Both the position numbers and the translations under genes were made by a program. A model generated the notes under the pieces. That model did not search any database. It was not told the origin of the DNA and worked only from the letters and a program-made list of their open reading frames with translations. Positions 1 through 17,559 of a stretch of 64,000 nt of DNA are shown one piece after another; the first letter of the stretch is position 1; every line of letters begins with the position of its first letter. The DNA comes from the human T2T-CHM13v2.0 reference genome, Homo sapiens, in NCBI RefSeq assembly GCF_009914755.1, contig NC_060931.1. One strand, given 5' to 3'.

Positions 1-277
1 ATAATTATTGGTGGGTGAATAAATTAGGCTTGCCGACACTTGTCTGTTTAAGCAAAGACAGCATTTTAAATATTAGAAGAATGTCCACTTCACTCTACAG
101 AGTCAACATTATTCAGCACTTCCATTAGCTGTGGATTACCAAAGCAGAAGACAATTCTTAAGTTAAGAAAATTTTATGAGTGAAAAGACAAATGTAAGCA
201 AAGTGGATACATATTCTGAAAGTTTTATGTAAAAACCAAGGTGCAGGTGCAAGTATATGTAATTGATACGTAATGCA

Positions 278-541
278 GAGAGGCAGAATGGGAGAGCAGA
301 GGAGAACACGGACTCGGGAGCAAGATGGCCTAGGTGTGGAGCATGGCTCTGCCACTGACTACCTGGGAAACCCTGGGCAAATTACCTGACCTCTCTGGGC
401 CTTGCTCTCTCCTCATCTGTACAATGGGGCAATGATAGAACTTGTCTCAACGGATTGTAGAGAGGATTAAACACGCTAGAGCATGTAAAGAACTTGGACA
501 CACTGCTTGACACTTAGTAAGTGTTGTGAAAGTATTAGCTT
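278..541 (+). mobile_element. MIR SINE
   Basis: MIR core GGCTCTGCCACTGACTA..CTGGGCAAATTACCTGACCTCTCTG..CTCATCTGTACAATGGGG and 3' tail GACACTTAGTAAGTG..TTAGCT. Confidence 0.8.
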
Positions 542-561
542 CCTAATGCAAGCATTGTCTT

Positions 562-660
562 TGCCTCTTCATCCTCTTTTTTTTTGTACCCTTCATCCTC
601 CTCTTCTTTTTCCTTCTCCTCTTTCTGTCTCTTTTCCTCTTCCTCCTCGTCCTTCTTTAT
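562..660. repeat. CT-rich low-complexity tract
   Basis: About 100 bp of near-pure pyrimidine sequence (TCCTCT/TTCT units). Confidence 0.75.
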
Positions 661-686
661 TAGCATGATTGTACATGCGAAATGGC

Positions 687-1248
687 CAGGGCTGGCTATA
701 TAATTTGTCGAGCACAGGACAAAATGAAACTTCAGGGCCTCTTGTCCAAAAATCAGGGGGAAAAAACATTTCTTTTTCTTCTATCTCTCTCTCATACCCA
801 ATCTATCACAGGGTTCTTTGTTGGCTATTTATTGACCCATCTTCTCTCAGGCACGTATATTCTCTGGGCAAGTATAGACTCACAAGTGCCTGGAGTCCCT
901 CCTCGAAATTTGGTGTGTGAGTGTGCGCCCAACTCCACCCTTTGCTGTGTTTGTGTCCAGCCTTTTGCCAGGGGTGAGGTGACAGAGATCACTGGGCTAG
1001 GGGCAGGAGAGGGTTGGCAGAGAACCCATCCCAGGGAGGCAGGGAGGTGGTGAGTGGGGGACTGCACAGGAGCAGAGGCCCCAAGCCCTAGTGCACACTT
1101 CATTGTTCCACTGGACTTCACTTAGGAGAAACACATTCAAAGGTAAAATTATTAAGAATTTTCAACATGATCACAGAGCGCCGATGCTCCAAGGGGTGGC
1201 CCCCTTCTGAGTGTGGGACCCTGTGTCAGATACATGAAGTTGGCACTG
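687..1248 (-). mobile_element. MER45-family hAT-Tip100 DNA transposon (long form)
   Basis: Left end CAGGGCTGGCTATATAATTTG..CAAAATGAAA..CAGGGCCTCTTGTCCAAAA and right end AAAATTATTAAGAATTTTCAA..CATGAAGTTGGCACTG match the reverse-complemented MER45 termini. Confidence 0.75.
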
Positions 1249-1769
1249 ACAGTAGCAGAAAAGATGTGAAGTTAGCAATCAACGAAATCCCATTTTGGTT
1301 ATTAAGTGATTCTTTGGCTTAAGATGTAGAAATTGGATTTTATTATCAGTTTTAGTGAGACGAACACAAATTAGGTAACTCATTTTATCCATTTATTAAA
1401 CTTAGGGAGAAAAATGCACATTTTAACCAACTGGTCTACCCCAGAGATGTAGTAAAAAAGTAGCTTTTAAAAAGACCTTTGTGCTCTTCTACCCAAAAGC
1501 ATTAGATGGGCATTTTCCAAAGTGTGTTACTTGAGAAAAGGGTTCTGTGAGGAACAATTGGCTCCTTGGGTAAAACAGAATTAACGGATTTTTGAAATTC
1601 AGGACTACCCACTTACTAAGTGGGTAGTCTAATTGTTTTTCTGTTTATTTACCTTAGGTCTTACTCTTTTCCAATTAATCATCTTAGACTTTGGAAGGTG
1701 AGGGGAAACATGGAAGCAGAGTCCATTTAGCAAGCTGAGATATTGTCAAATTTCAAAATGAATTTTTAA

Positions 1770-2205
1770 AATTAAATTTAATTTTTTTATTTTAAAAGTT
1801 TTACTTTAAGTTCTGGGATACATGTGCTGAACATGCAGATTTGTTACATAGGTACACATGTGCCATGGTGGTTTGTTGCACCTATCAACCCATCATCTAG
1901 GCTTTAACCCCCTAATACATTAGGTATTTGTCCTAATGCCCTCCCTCCCCCAGCCCCCCACTCCCCGACAGGCTCTGGTGTATGATGTTCCCCTCCCTGT
2001 CTCCACATGTTCTCATTGTTCAATTCCTACTTGTAAGTGAGAACATGCAGTGTTTGGTTTTGGTTTTCTGTTCCTGTGTTAGTTTGCTGAGGATGATGGT
2101 TCCCAGCCTCATCCATGTCCCTGCAAAGACATGAACTCATCCGTTTTTATGGCTGCATAGTATTCCATGGTGTATATGTGCCACATTGTCTTTATCCAGT
2201 GTATC
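1770..2205 (-). mobile_element. 5'-truncated L1PA 3' end (older L1PA8-13 type)
   Basis: TTTAAGTTCTGGGATACATGTGC..GGTGGTTTG..CACCTATCAACCCATCATCTAGG; perfect 16-bp TSD CAAAATGAATTTTTAA at 1754-1769 and 2206-2221. Confidence 0.92.
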
Positions 2206-2995
2206 CAAAATGAATTTTTAATCTTAAATGTAACTGGCCTCTCAGTTCTTCCACCATGTCCCCTCCAATGATCATTTTCTATAATTATCCACTCCTAAGA
2301 CCATATTCTTAGTCCCCTCCCTCTGTCCTTTAGCTAACCAACTCTAGTACTCACTAGTAATTCTTCTGCCTTGTTGACGAATTGACCACCAACAAATCAT
2401 TGACCAGCACTTTAATACCTCCCTTAGTGCCCTCATTTCCTTCTGTATCCAGCTTAATGACCATGCCCTGTCACTAGGAACATTAGCACCCTAATTCTTT
2501 CATACCCTCCCCTCACCGAACTTGGCTGGGAGAGCCCCAATCCTGGTTAAAACCCACAACTACCTACTATGTGCCTGCACTTGGTTGGAGAAAAACCCAC
2601 AACTGTGCTGACTGTTCTCACTTTAAATCCTTGCCCTCAAATCTCAAATGGACATTCAACGTAGCAGCAAATCTTATTTACTTCACTTTTCCATGCTTCA
2701 AAATTACTCTTTTTATCCCTTCTCCTCTTCCCTTCCTCCGTGTTCCTATCTTGGGACCCTGCTTCATTCTTCATTGGAAAAATAGAAGCAACTAGGTAGT
2801 AATTCTTTTACTTTTTTTCAGCAGTTAATCTACCCATACCCTTTTCCTTTCCTTCTTGTGTCATAAACAAAGTGCCCCTTCATCCTCTCAAGGAGTTATT
2901 CTTACTCTGTACCACTTTTCGGCTCCTGAACTCTTATCAGTATCTCCCCTCCTGTGTCACTCACTGTATCTCCAACATCCCTACTCTGTCTAGGG

Positions 2996-3492
2996 CAGTG
3001 AACCCCAGCCTTTTGGCACCAGAGACCAGTTTTATGGAAGACAATTTTTCCACGGACTTTGGGTGGAGAGTGAGGGATGGTTTCGGGATTATTCAAGTGC
3101 AGTACCTTTATTGTGCACTTTATTTCTATTATTATTACACTGTAATATATAATGAAATAACTATACAACTCACTATAATGTAGAATCAGTGGGAGCCCTG
3201 AGCTTGTTTTCCTGCAAATAGATGGTCCCATCTGGGAGTGATGGGAGACAGTGACAGATCATCAGGCATTAGAGTTTCATAAGGAGGATGCAACCTAGAT
3301 CCCTCACATATGCAGTTCACAACAGGGTTCATGCTCCTATGAGAATCCAATGCCCGTGCTGATCTGACAGGTGGTGGAGCTCAGGAGGTAATGTGCATGA
3401 TGGAGAGCGGCTGTAAACACAGAGAAGCTTTGGTCACTCGCCCACCGCTCACCTCACGCTGTGCGGTCCCCTATGGGGGTTGAGGAACCCTG
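2996..3492 (-). mobile_element. MER1A hAT-Charlie DNA transposon
   Basis: TTTTGGCACCAGAGACCAGTTTTATGGAAGACAATTTTTCCACGGAC and GATCATCAGGCATTAGA..CAACCTAGATCCCTC; CAG..CTG termini; 8-bp TSD GTCTAGGG/GTCGAAGG. Confidence 0.9.
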
Positions 3493-4530
3493 GTCGAAGG
3501 GATACACAACTAGAGCCAAAAATGTGCCCTGAAAGCTCCTGTTTAAAGAACATAATATAAAACAAACCTTACATGATCCCATTTTATCCTTCTAGCTTCT
3601 GCTCCATTTCTCTGTGCCCCTTCAGAGCAAACCTTCTTTAAGAGCTGTCTGTAAGCACTATCTTCACTCCCTCACTTCAGTTCTCTGCTTCAGTCATTCC
3701 GGTTGAGTTTCTGTCCCCACTCCCCCTCCTGAAGCTGCTCATGTCAAGGCACCATTACCTCCATGCTCTCAAGTCCAGTGGTTTTACTTTATATAATATT
3801 GCCTCATTTTTGATATGCCTTTAAAAAAATATCTTGACTTTCATGATGCCACATACTCCTGGTTTTTCTCCCACCTCACTAGCTATTCCTTCTGTCTCCT
3901 TCACTGGCTCCTCCTCCCTGCTAGAGCTGTAAATGCTGGAGGCTTTTGGAGCACGTTCCTGAGCCCTCTTCTAATCCCAAGCAATATTTTTTCCTGTGGG
4001 TGATCTCATCCAACCGTAAGGTCTTCAATATAATCTGCACACCAATGACTCCCAAATCCATGTCTCTAGCTCTTTGCTTTGACTTTCAGATTTTCTATAT
4101 CCAATTGTCACAGGCATCATCTTCACGTGGATGTTTGCTAGGAAGCTCAAATTACCATGGTCAAAACAGAACGGTTGATACTTTCTTTCCCTCCCAAATC
4201 TGGTTCTTTCACAATCATCCTATCTCAGTAAATAGCCCTGTCATCCACTTAGCTACTGAAGCCAAAAATCTAGGAACTATCTTGATGTTCTCTTTTCTTT
4301 ACCTTTCTATGTCAAATGTATTAGCAAGACTTGTCAACGCTTCTTTCAGAACTCATCCCTAAACTGCCCACTTCTTTTACCTCCAATGCATCACTCTACT
4401 ACATACTGTCATCTTTTCTAATCTGAACAACCGCAATAACTTCTCAATTAATTTCTTTGCTTCTACACTTATACACTTATAGTCCTTTCTCTACACAGCA
4501 ACTGGAGAGATGTTTAAAAAATGTAAATCA

Positions 4531-4929
<399 letters not shown>

Positions 4930-5139
4930 TCAACATCTCCATCTATCTCATATGATTCTTCCTGTGCCTGCTATGCATACTTCAGCCACTCTGGCCTTTT
5001 CTTTGTTCCTCTAATATGCCAAGGTCATCTTAACTAAGGGACCCTTACTCTAGGTTCCCACTGCCTGGAATGCTCACACCTCTGATTTCCATATGATCAG
5101 CTTCTTCTTCTCACTCAGATGCTGACTTAAATGTCACCC

Positions 5140-5507
5140 TTGTTATTTATGTCATTATGTAGCAATGAATTCCTGTTGTATTCAATGGGTTATAATCAAT
5201 TACTAGCATTATGCATTTTGATGCTCAAATTGTTCCAAACTTGGGTATTAGGAATCCCTTCAAGCTGGCTTCTGTGTCCTTTTGACACAGCTCTGTCATT
5301 CTTTGAGTACTTTATTATATTCTGCCACAGAAAGATGTTTCAGGCTCATTTTATTCTTTCTCTGGAATCAGTTCTTCAAGGAGCTTTAATTCCTTTTAGT
5401 GGAGGATGGCATTTAGTAACCAAGATATGGGCTCTAGATGTACTCATTGTTACTGTGATGTCATTGATTTTAGACCTTCTCAGGAGACAGAACTGGTACA
5501 CACACAC

Positions 5508-5559
<52 letters not shown>

Positions 5560-5760
5560 CCTATCTATCTTGAAAAACATGAGTTCACACTGATACCCAC
5601 AGTTCCAGCCTAATACTACATACTTTTTTAAACCAACCTCCTTTCCATGTTTATAGCTTTTTATTTTTCTAGCAGTGAGAATCCTGGCTCCCATTATCCT
5701 TAATATATTTATTTGCTAAGTCCCTCCATATGTAGCCAATCTCCCTACATGGACTGTCTC
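5140..5760 (-). mobile_element. Old L1M (L1MC-like) 3' fragment
   Basis: TTCAATGGGTTATAATC..TTTTGATGCTCAAATTGTTCC..CTTCAAGCTGGCTTCTGTGTCCTTTTGACA resembles the L1MC4/5 3' UTR. Confidence 0.6.
5510..5569. repeat. Tetranucleotide STR (TATC)12 TACC (TATC)2
   Basis: Counted directly; preceded by a short (CA)n. Confidence 0.97.
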
Positions 5761-5864
5761 CTTGGCCCAGCACTGCTGGTTCACACAAGCTCATGCCAAT
5801 TGGGAATCCATGCTTCCAGCCCCACTGCTGTTTGATATTAACAACTTATAACTTTCCAGTAGGT

Positions 5865-6010
5865 GCATTCATTCTGTCTGTTCATTCATTTGTTCATCTA
5901 TCAAATATTTACTGAGTATTTAGTCACAACAGGCACAATGCTGAATGCTGCATAGACACCAGTGAACAAGGTGGCCAGAATATCTGTCCTCATGGTTACT
6001 ACCCTAGACC
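5865..6010 (-). mobile_element. L2 3' end fragment
   Basis: CATTCATT..CAAATATTTACTGAGTATTTA..CAGGCAC..GTGAACAAG tail. Confidence 0.6.
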
Positions 6011-6208
6011 TTGTGTCTCTGCTCTTCACAATTCATCTTTATTAAACTTGAAAGTTTGTTGAACATAAATAGGTTGAGGTTGCATATAATTCTTATTATA
6101 GAATTAGGGCTCAATTATTTTTAATATACCTTTGGATGTCCATACAGTTCTAAGTTAAAGAATATCCTAGGTAGACGTAGGTGGATAAACATATAGAAAC
6201 TGTATTTA

Positions 6209-6537
<329 letters not shown>

Positions 6538-8043
6538 TTATCTGAATATGATTCTGGAATGTGGAGTAGGCACAACCAAGTGAGAAATGCTTATTTATCT
6601 CTGGTATGTTATGCATTAGCCATATTCAAGAGTTGTAAATTTTGGCTCCAAGAAATGCTTCCAACCCATGAATCTGCATTTTGTCATGTACCTCAGAGTG
6701 ACTTGATGACCTGCCTCATACATTGTAGTAAAACACCATGGGCTGCTCTAAAGGAAATGAGATTTAAATATATAGGCCTAACACTCATCTGCAATTCAGC
6801 GGCATTCCTTGCACATAGAAGGTGTTTGATAAAAAATGATTATTTGAATTAAAATTCATTTATATAACTCATCTTCTGCTGTAGTATGTGTTAAGATACT
6901 TATTAATAGCATTACTTATTTGTCTCTGCCCTTCCCACTTCTCCCATAATTGGGCATTTCTGTTGCCTTTGCAATCTGATCTCTTGAGAGTTTTTAATTC
7001 TTTTTTGCCTTTTTCTTTTTATCATGGCCGCACTTCCTGCTGAACAGTCTTGGCAAAAACATTCTTCTTCCTTTTAACATCTGTAAATATAGGTTCTCAG
7101 AATTTCACTGAAATAATTTTTGTACCTCCCCCTGAGAGAGAAAATGCTAACACAGATATTAGAAATTGTTTATGAGGCCTGATGTGTGGCAGATAAGATG
7201 GCTTCTTCAAGACTCAATTTGGGGATAAATGAGTTACTTTATATTCCACTTCCTTTTTCAAAAAACAAGTCTGGTTTTGTTCAGACCCCTTATTACATTT
7301 AGCCTCTGCTCTCATAATCCATCAAAATTACTAGCTGAAAGATCAAAAAATAAAAATCTTCTGGTGTAGATTGAGAATGTTCCGGTTTTCAAGCCTGCTG
7401 TTTAAATAGCTGCAGCACCCCTCAAACACATGGGCCTATCTCCTACTTGCTTCTAGGATTTCCTGCAAACCAGAGTCAGTTGTCTGCAATATCAAGTGAA
7501 CTCAGAAGAATGGATGAGAACAAGCTACTCCTTTTGCGTGGCAACTTTTCATGACTGCATTCAATCTAAGCCCATCATCCTCATTCAGTTTTAGCCTCCC
7601 TTCTTAGTAAAATCCAATTTATAAACTTTATTGTCATGTCTATAGTTGGCCACAAGAAAGAACTAAGAAACAGAGCAGTTGAGACAGATTCCCACACAAA
7701 AGGGTTATGACTGTGTCTCAACTGTCATTTTTGGTAAGGCACAGACCTCATTTTCAAATCGTTTCAAGTATCTTTGGCAAGAGAAAAGCCTTCAAACAAG
7801 GTGTGTGAATGAATGACTAAGTGCTGTGTATTTTTAAGGTGTGGCCATGTTTCCACCTGGCTTTTCTTCTTTTCCATTAGGATGCCCTGTCAAAAGGCTT
7901 TTAAATGCTTATTCTAAATAATAAAAATAATGATAAGAATAATATTTGCTGAGCACTTATTATCTGCAACGACTCTTCCAAGTTTAGAGGGCGTCTGCTA
8001 TATGTATAGCCATATACCGTCATTAGGCACTCTGCTTCTGGGA

Positions 8044-8200
8044 AGTGGTTCTCAAACTTATCAAAAGTAATCACCTGCTTAAAAGGCAGATCACTACCAG
8101 ATATCTGATTAGTGTGCTTAGGATGGGGCTCAGGAACTGAAAATATTCACAAGCGGCTGGCAAAATTCAGCTATGATGGGTCAAACTTTGAAAACCACGG
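8044..8200. mobile_element. MER5-family hAT-Charlie MITE
   Basis: AGTGGTTCTCAAACTT..AATCACCTG..CTGATT..GGATGGGGCTCAGGAA..ACTTTGAAAACCAC. Confidence 0.65.
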
Positions 8201-10259
8201 CTTAGGGTATTGAGAGGGCTCTTGGCTGTCACTGTATACACTATGATGTGATGGATAGTATTGCTGGAGAGCCATATGCAAGTACACTTTTGGTGAAGCC
8301 AGTTGAATTTTGCCGGTGACTTACCCTCTCCTTTCTGAGAGGTATGTGTCATCTGTTCTTTTGTTATGTCAAGTAACACAGGTGTCTGTAAACATCACTT
8401 CAGTGTAACCCATGAAACTCTCTGTTCAGAGGAATATCTCACTGGTTCATTCTGTAAAGCTGAGAATCAGTTTCTGGGGTAAATAACCACCCTTAATAGA
8501 TGAATAGGGATTAGCATATGGGGAAATTTCTCACAGAAAGGGAACCACCATTCTATCTCATGGAACCATGACAATTGTCAAATCTACGAGCTGAAATCAC
8601 TGGGGTTCCCTTTTTTGGCATCATGCGCTTCATCACTACAGAAGTGGTTCTGGTTTTGCTGCTAGCAGATCACAGACTGAGGTAGAGGCTGTGTTTGCAT
8701 TTCCAGAAATTTCTAGAGTTCATCCTCCTACTGGCCTTCCAGCTGCAGAATGGGGTAACGCTGGAAAGAATAGACTGAATTGGGGCCGAAGCCTCTCAGG
8801 CTGGCTCAGTGCCCAAGGTTCTTGCATTTGGAAAACAAATGTAAATTCAAATTGTAAACATTCCCAAAAATCAAAATGATATTTTTGACTTCTCGCCGAC
8901 TTGTTTAAACTTTTCAACTTCTTTCTTTTAAAAAATCGAATTGCTGGAATATGGTGTGTGAGATTTTAGAGCCAGCATTTCTTCCCACCACTGAAAAAAG
9001 TTCCCTAGAATGAGAACTTTTGCATCCAGTTTTAGCCATGAAAGGGTTCAGCTCTCTGTCAAAGATAACACTGTAATTCTCCCCACATAATGTGATGATT
9101 TATGCCCTTGGCACCTTACAGTGTTAACAGGACAGAGGGGCATGAATTCTCTGTTGTTAATACAGAAATAGTTCTCACAACTTTAGCTGTGCCATCCCAT
9201 GTGGCACTGGTCAGAGAAGTAAAACCAAACCAAACAATTCCAATAAGAGCAGATGCTTAAGTACTTTTTACACTGATGGGTTTGTGGAGCTGTTTTCTCT
9301 TAAGGATGGAATAATTTGAAACACCTTTCCCACCAGTTCATCCACTCTGGCAGCAGCTAAGCAGCTCCATGGGACCTCCCTACTCTTGATGCCTGCAAGG
9401 TTAGGTCCCCTGAAGGGCGAGCGTGGCCCAAGATGCCCTTGCTTGGCCACAGGTTTCAAAGGACATCTGCAAATCATTGTGCAAAACTGAAAAGTACAAA
9501 TTCACCACAGCCCGATTCTCTCGTGTTGCATGTGATATTTCCTGTTTTGAAGGTTTCCTTGGTATCGTACATTGGCTGTGAAACGCCAGCTGCTCTAAGT
9601 GACTCAAATTTATAGATCCTTTGATCAATTATCTTGTCATGTTACTCAATTGCTAGATAATTGAGAGGAGGGTTAAACTCTCTCCTTATGTAAATATGAC
9701 TTAATTGTTTAAAAATTCTGTCTTTTAGCTTGTGCTAAGAGAACCTTACTTTTTTTTTTTTTTTTTTTTGCATATTTAGTTTGCATCGTCAGAGGAACCT
9801 TTTCTCCCTAATGATATCCCATAGTGCTTTGCAGGTAGACCAGACTGGAAATATTATTAATGACAGATTGAAAGTAATAGAGTGACTTATCTAAGTTTTG
9901 CATTCTTTGATGATTCATTTAGTTTGTAATACGCTTAGATCTTTGCAAAACAGAATAGTGAAAGTGAAGCAGCAAAAAAAAAAACAACCACAGACTATGA
10001 ACTGAGTCTCCCAGCTGAAGGGCAGGTTGAAAGCAGCAGCACAAATTTTTATCAGGTTCTTGTATTTTCCTTCGTGGTACAAATTCCAAAGTGATGGTTA
10101 GGGTGTAGGTATGGTCATAGAGACACATTCAAATTTGCAGTAATTGGACTTGTTTTTCCTAAAAGCCAAAATGGCTGGAAAAATATCCAAGGAAATTTGT
10201 GGTATTATGACATTGGTGCGTCATGTGCTTGTGAAGCTTAACAAATATTTCTTTGCTAA

Positions 10260-10430
10260 TCCTGACACTTATCTCATGAAAATCCTCATCTAGCCTCTGC
10301 TTGCAAACTTCCAAGGACAGGGTATTTACTACCTTGTGGGGACAGACCTGGTTCACTATGAATCAGCTGTATCAGTTACAATGCTTCTTCTCATTAGTGA
10401 GGCCCACTTTGTTCCCCTGAAGTTTTATCC
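10260..10430 (-). mobile_element. L3/CR1 LINE 3' fragment
   Basis: Minus-strand translation VVNTLSLEVCKQRLD (ORF 10159..10356) resembles the CR1 ORF2 C-terminal motif VVxxPSLEVFKxRLD. Confidence 0.6.
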
Positions 10431-10516
10431 ATTTATTCAATAATTGAGTTCACAGTTACTGAGCACTACCCATTAATGACCATAACATGGTTCTTAGTTT
10501 TGAGGGAGTTCTAGTT

Positions 10517-10850
10517 CAGTATTCCTCAACCATTTTTTTTTATTATCGCTACCTTAAGGAGCCCTTTTAGATTTTTTCCTCCCTAATCACCCATCCATCC
10601 CATGAAAATTCAATACCATAGTTTGGTGTTCCTAAGACATTTTTTATTATTGTTCCCTTAAGGAGCCGTTTTAGAATTTTTCCCCTAATTTCCTCTCCAT
10701 CTCATGAAAACTTAATATTGTAGATCTGTTTATGTGCTATAGGTATACCTGTGCTTATTATATAAAAAAGTAAAGTCTTTTTTTGCCCCTCATGAACCAA
10801 TTTCTGCCCCTTGGGGAAGAGAATGCATGGTCTAATGGGAACTACTACAG
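10517..10850. mobile_element. hAT-Charlie-like MITE with duplicated left end
   Basis: CAGTATTCCTCAAC start and GAGAATGCATG end resemble hAT TIRs; subfamily not assigned. Confidence 0.45.
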
Positions 10851-10944
10851 ACGTGTGCAAATGACTAAAATCTTGTATGGGGATGCCAGCATACTCTTCC
10901 CTCTGTCCTTGTTCTTTTACTCCTACACTTTGCACATGCTTTTA

Positions 10945-11228
<284 letters not shown>

Positions 11229-11254
11229 TTATTTTAATTATTTGCTTAGTCATT

Positions 11255-11710
11255 TGTAGTGAGTCGAATGATGACCCTCCCCCAAAAGATATGTCTTACC
11301 CAGAACCTTTGAATATAACTATTTGGGAAAAGAGTCTTTGCAGATGTAATTCAGGATCTTGGAATGATACCATCCTGGATTATTTGGATAGGCCCTAAAT
11401 TCAAGGACAAGTGAGTGTCCTTATTAAAGAAAGGCAAAGGGTATTTGAGACAGATACAGAGGAGAAGGCTACATGAAGATGGAGGCAGAGATTGGAGTGA
11501 TGCGGCTGCAAGCTAAAGAATGCCAGCAGAAGCCAATAGCCACCAGAAACTGGAAGCGATTCTCCCGAGAACCTCTGTGAGGAGTGTGGTCTGGACTGAA
11601 ACTAGACTGTGGACTTTTGAACTCCAGAACCGTGAGATAATGCATTTCTGTTGTCTGAAGCCACCAAGTTAGAAGTAATTTGTTATGGCAGCTTTAGGAA
11701 ACAAATATAC
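11255..11710 (+). mobile_element. MLT1B/C MaLR solo LTR
   Basis: TGTAGTG start, GTCTTTGCAGATGTAATT, GGAGGCAGAGATTGGAGTGATG, TTTGTTATGGCAGC..AGGAAACAAATA end. Confidence 0.85.
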
Positions 11711-12059
11711 TGTCTTTCTCCTCCACTCTACCCTAGTCTCCAAAAGGCACAGCATCTTATTGATTTAAGTATTCCTAAGTGCATAGCCTGATGACTGGCA
11801 TATAGTAGACGCTCAGGTTACGTTTGCGTGGTAGAAACAGTAAGTGGGAAGTGACTCTAAGCTTGCTGCCTCCCCTGCTACATACACTTGGAAGTATTTG
11901 AAGATTACAACCCTGTACACCTTCCCGTCTCCTCACACCCCCAGCAACCTTCTCCTGGGCCAGTGGCACAGTCCCTGTGTCTTATATTTTATGTTTAGAA
12001 ATAAACATTTAAAAAATGTTAAAATATATAAACCCACAACTTTATGCAAATTAGATAAT

Positions 12060-12235
12060 AACATGTACATTTTTCTGTAGTCTGCTTTTTTCCCTCACTA
12101 ACTAACTTATCATGGGCATCTCTCCATGTGAATAAATGTAGCTATACATCATCATTTTACTAGCTACCTGGTTTTCATTGTATGGATTCCTATAATGTAT
12201 TTAACCAATCTCCTATTGATGGATGCTAATGTCTT
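12060..12235 (-). mobile_element. L1ME fragment
   Basis: TTCATTGTATGGAT..ATAATGTATTTAACCAATCTCCTATTGATGGA. Confidence 0.55.
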
Positions 12236-12999
12236 TCTTGAAATGGAATAGTCATTTTGACATAAGATACTGTATATATCACCAATATAATGAGACTATT
12301 TTTGCTTTTGACTTGAACACTACACTAGTTTTATTGTGACTGACAATTTCATTAGCTTTGTGAGATAGTGGCTACTTTCTTTTGATAGCAGACTGCTATT
12401 GTCTTTTGACTCTGTAATTAACTAAAACCCCTACATCTTTTAACCTGAACAGCTATGAAGTGGGAATGCTCCTAACTTGTGTTTAAATAATTGATTATAT
12501 AGTTAAAGAATTCATGTGGGATTTTTACGTAACTGTAATCTAACCTTCAGCATGGTCTTTTTTCTACTTTTATATTTTGTTTAGCCTGTTGGTTTTATAC
12601 TTTTTAATTTTTGTGGTTACATAGTAGCTGTATATATTTATGGGTTACATGAGATGTTTTGATATAGTCATACAATGTGTAATAATCATCTTGGGGTAAA
12701 TGGCATATCCATCAACTCAAGCATTTATCCTTTGTGTTAAAAACAATCCGATTATACTCTTTCAGTTATGTTAAAATGTACAATTAAATCATTATTGACG
12801 TAGTCACCTTGCTGTGCTGTCAAATACTAGATCTGATTCATTATTTTTACCTTTTTTTTGGTACCCATTAACCGTTCTCACTCCATCCACCCACTACCTT
12901 TCCTAGCCTCTGGTAACCATCATTCTACTCTCTATCTCCATGAGTTCAATTGTTTTAATTTTTAGCTTCCACAAATAAGTGAGAACATGTGAAGTTTGT

Positions 13000-17081
<4,082 letters not shown>

Positions 17082-17559
17082 TTTGTTATTTGTTTTCTGT
17101 TTGTTTTGTGGTCTTATCTTCCTCATTTCCTTCCTTCTTGTCTTTCTGTTAGTGAAGGTGATTTTCACTGGTGATATGTTTCCATTTCTTGCTTTTTATG
17201 TTTTGTGTATTCGTTGTATGTTTTTTGATTTGAGGTTACCATAAAGCTTGCAAACAATATCTTATAATTCATTACTTTAAACTGATGACAACTTAATAAT
17301 GACTGCATAAACAAACTAAAAAACAAGCAAAAAGAAAACTAATAAAAATTCTACACTTAACTTCATTCCCCTACTTTTTAACTTTATGTTGTTTCTATTT
17401 TTATCTTATTATACAGTCTATGTCTTCAAAAGCTGTAGTAGTTATTATTTTTAATTGGTTCATATTTTAGTTTTTCTATTTAAGTTATTAGTAGTTTATA
17501 CACCATAATTACATTGTTGTAATATTGTGTGTTTTTCTGCATACTTACTATTGCCGGTG

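Noticed and set aside
5131-5613. Longest ORF in the track (160 aa)
   Set aside because: It lies antisense in an L1M fragment and runs through the TATC microsatellite (LSIY repeats); no protein-family signal.
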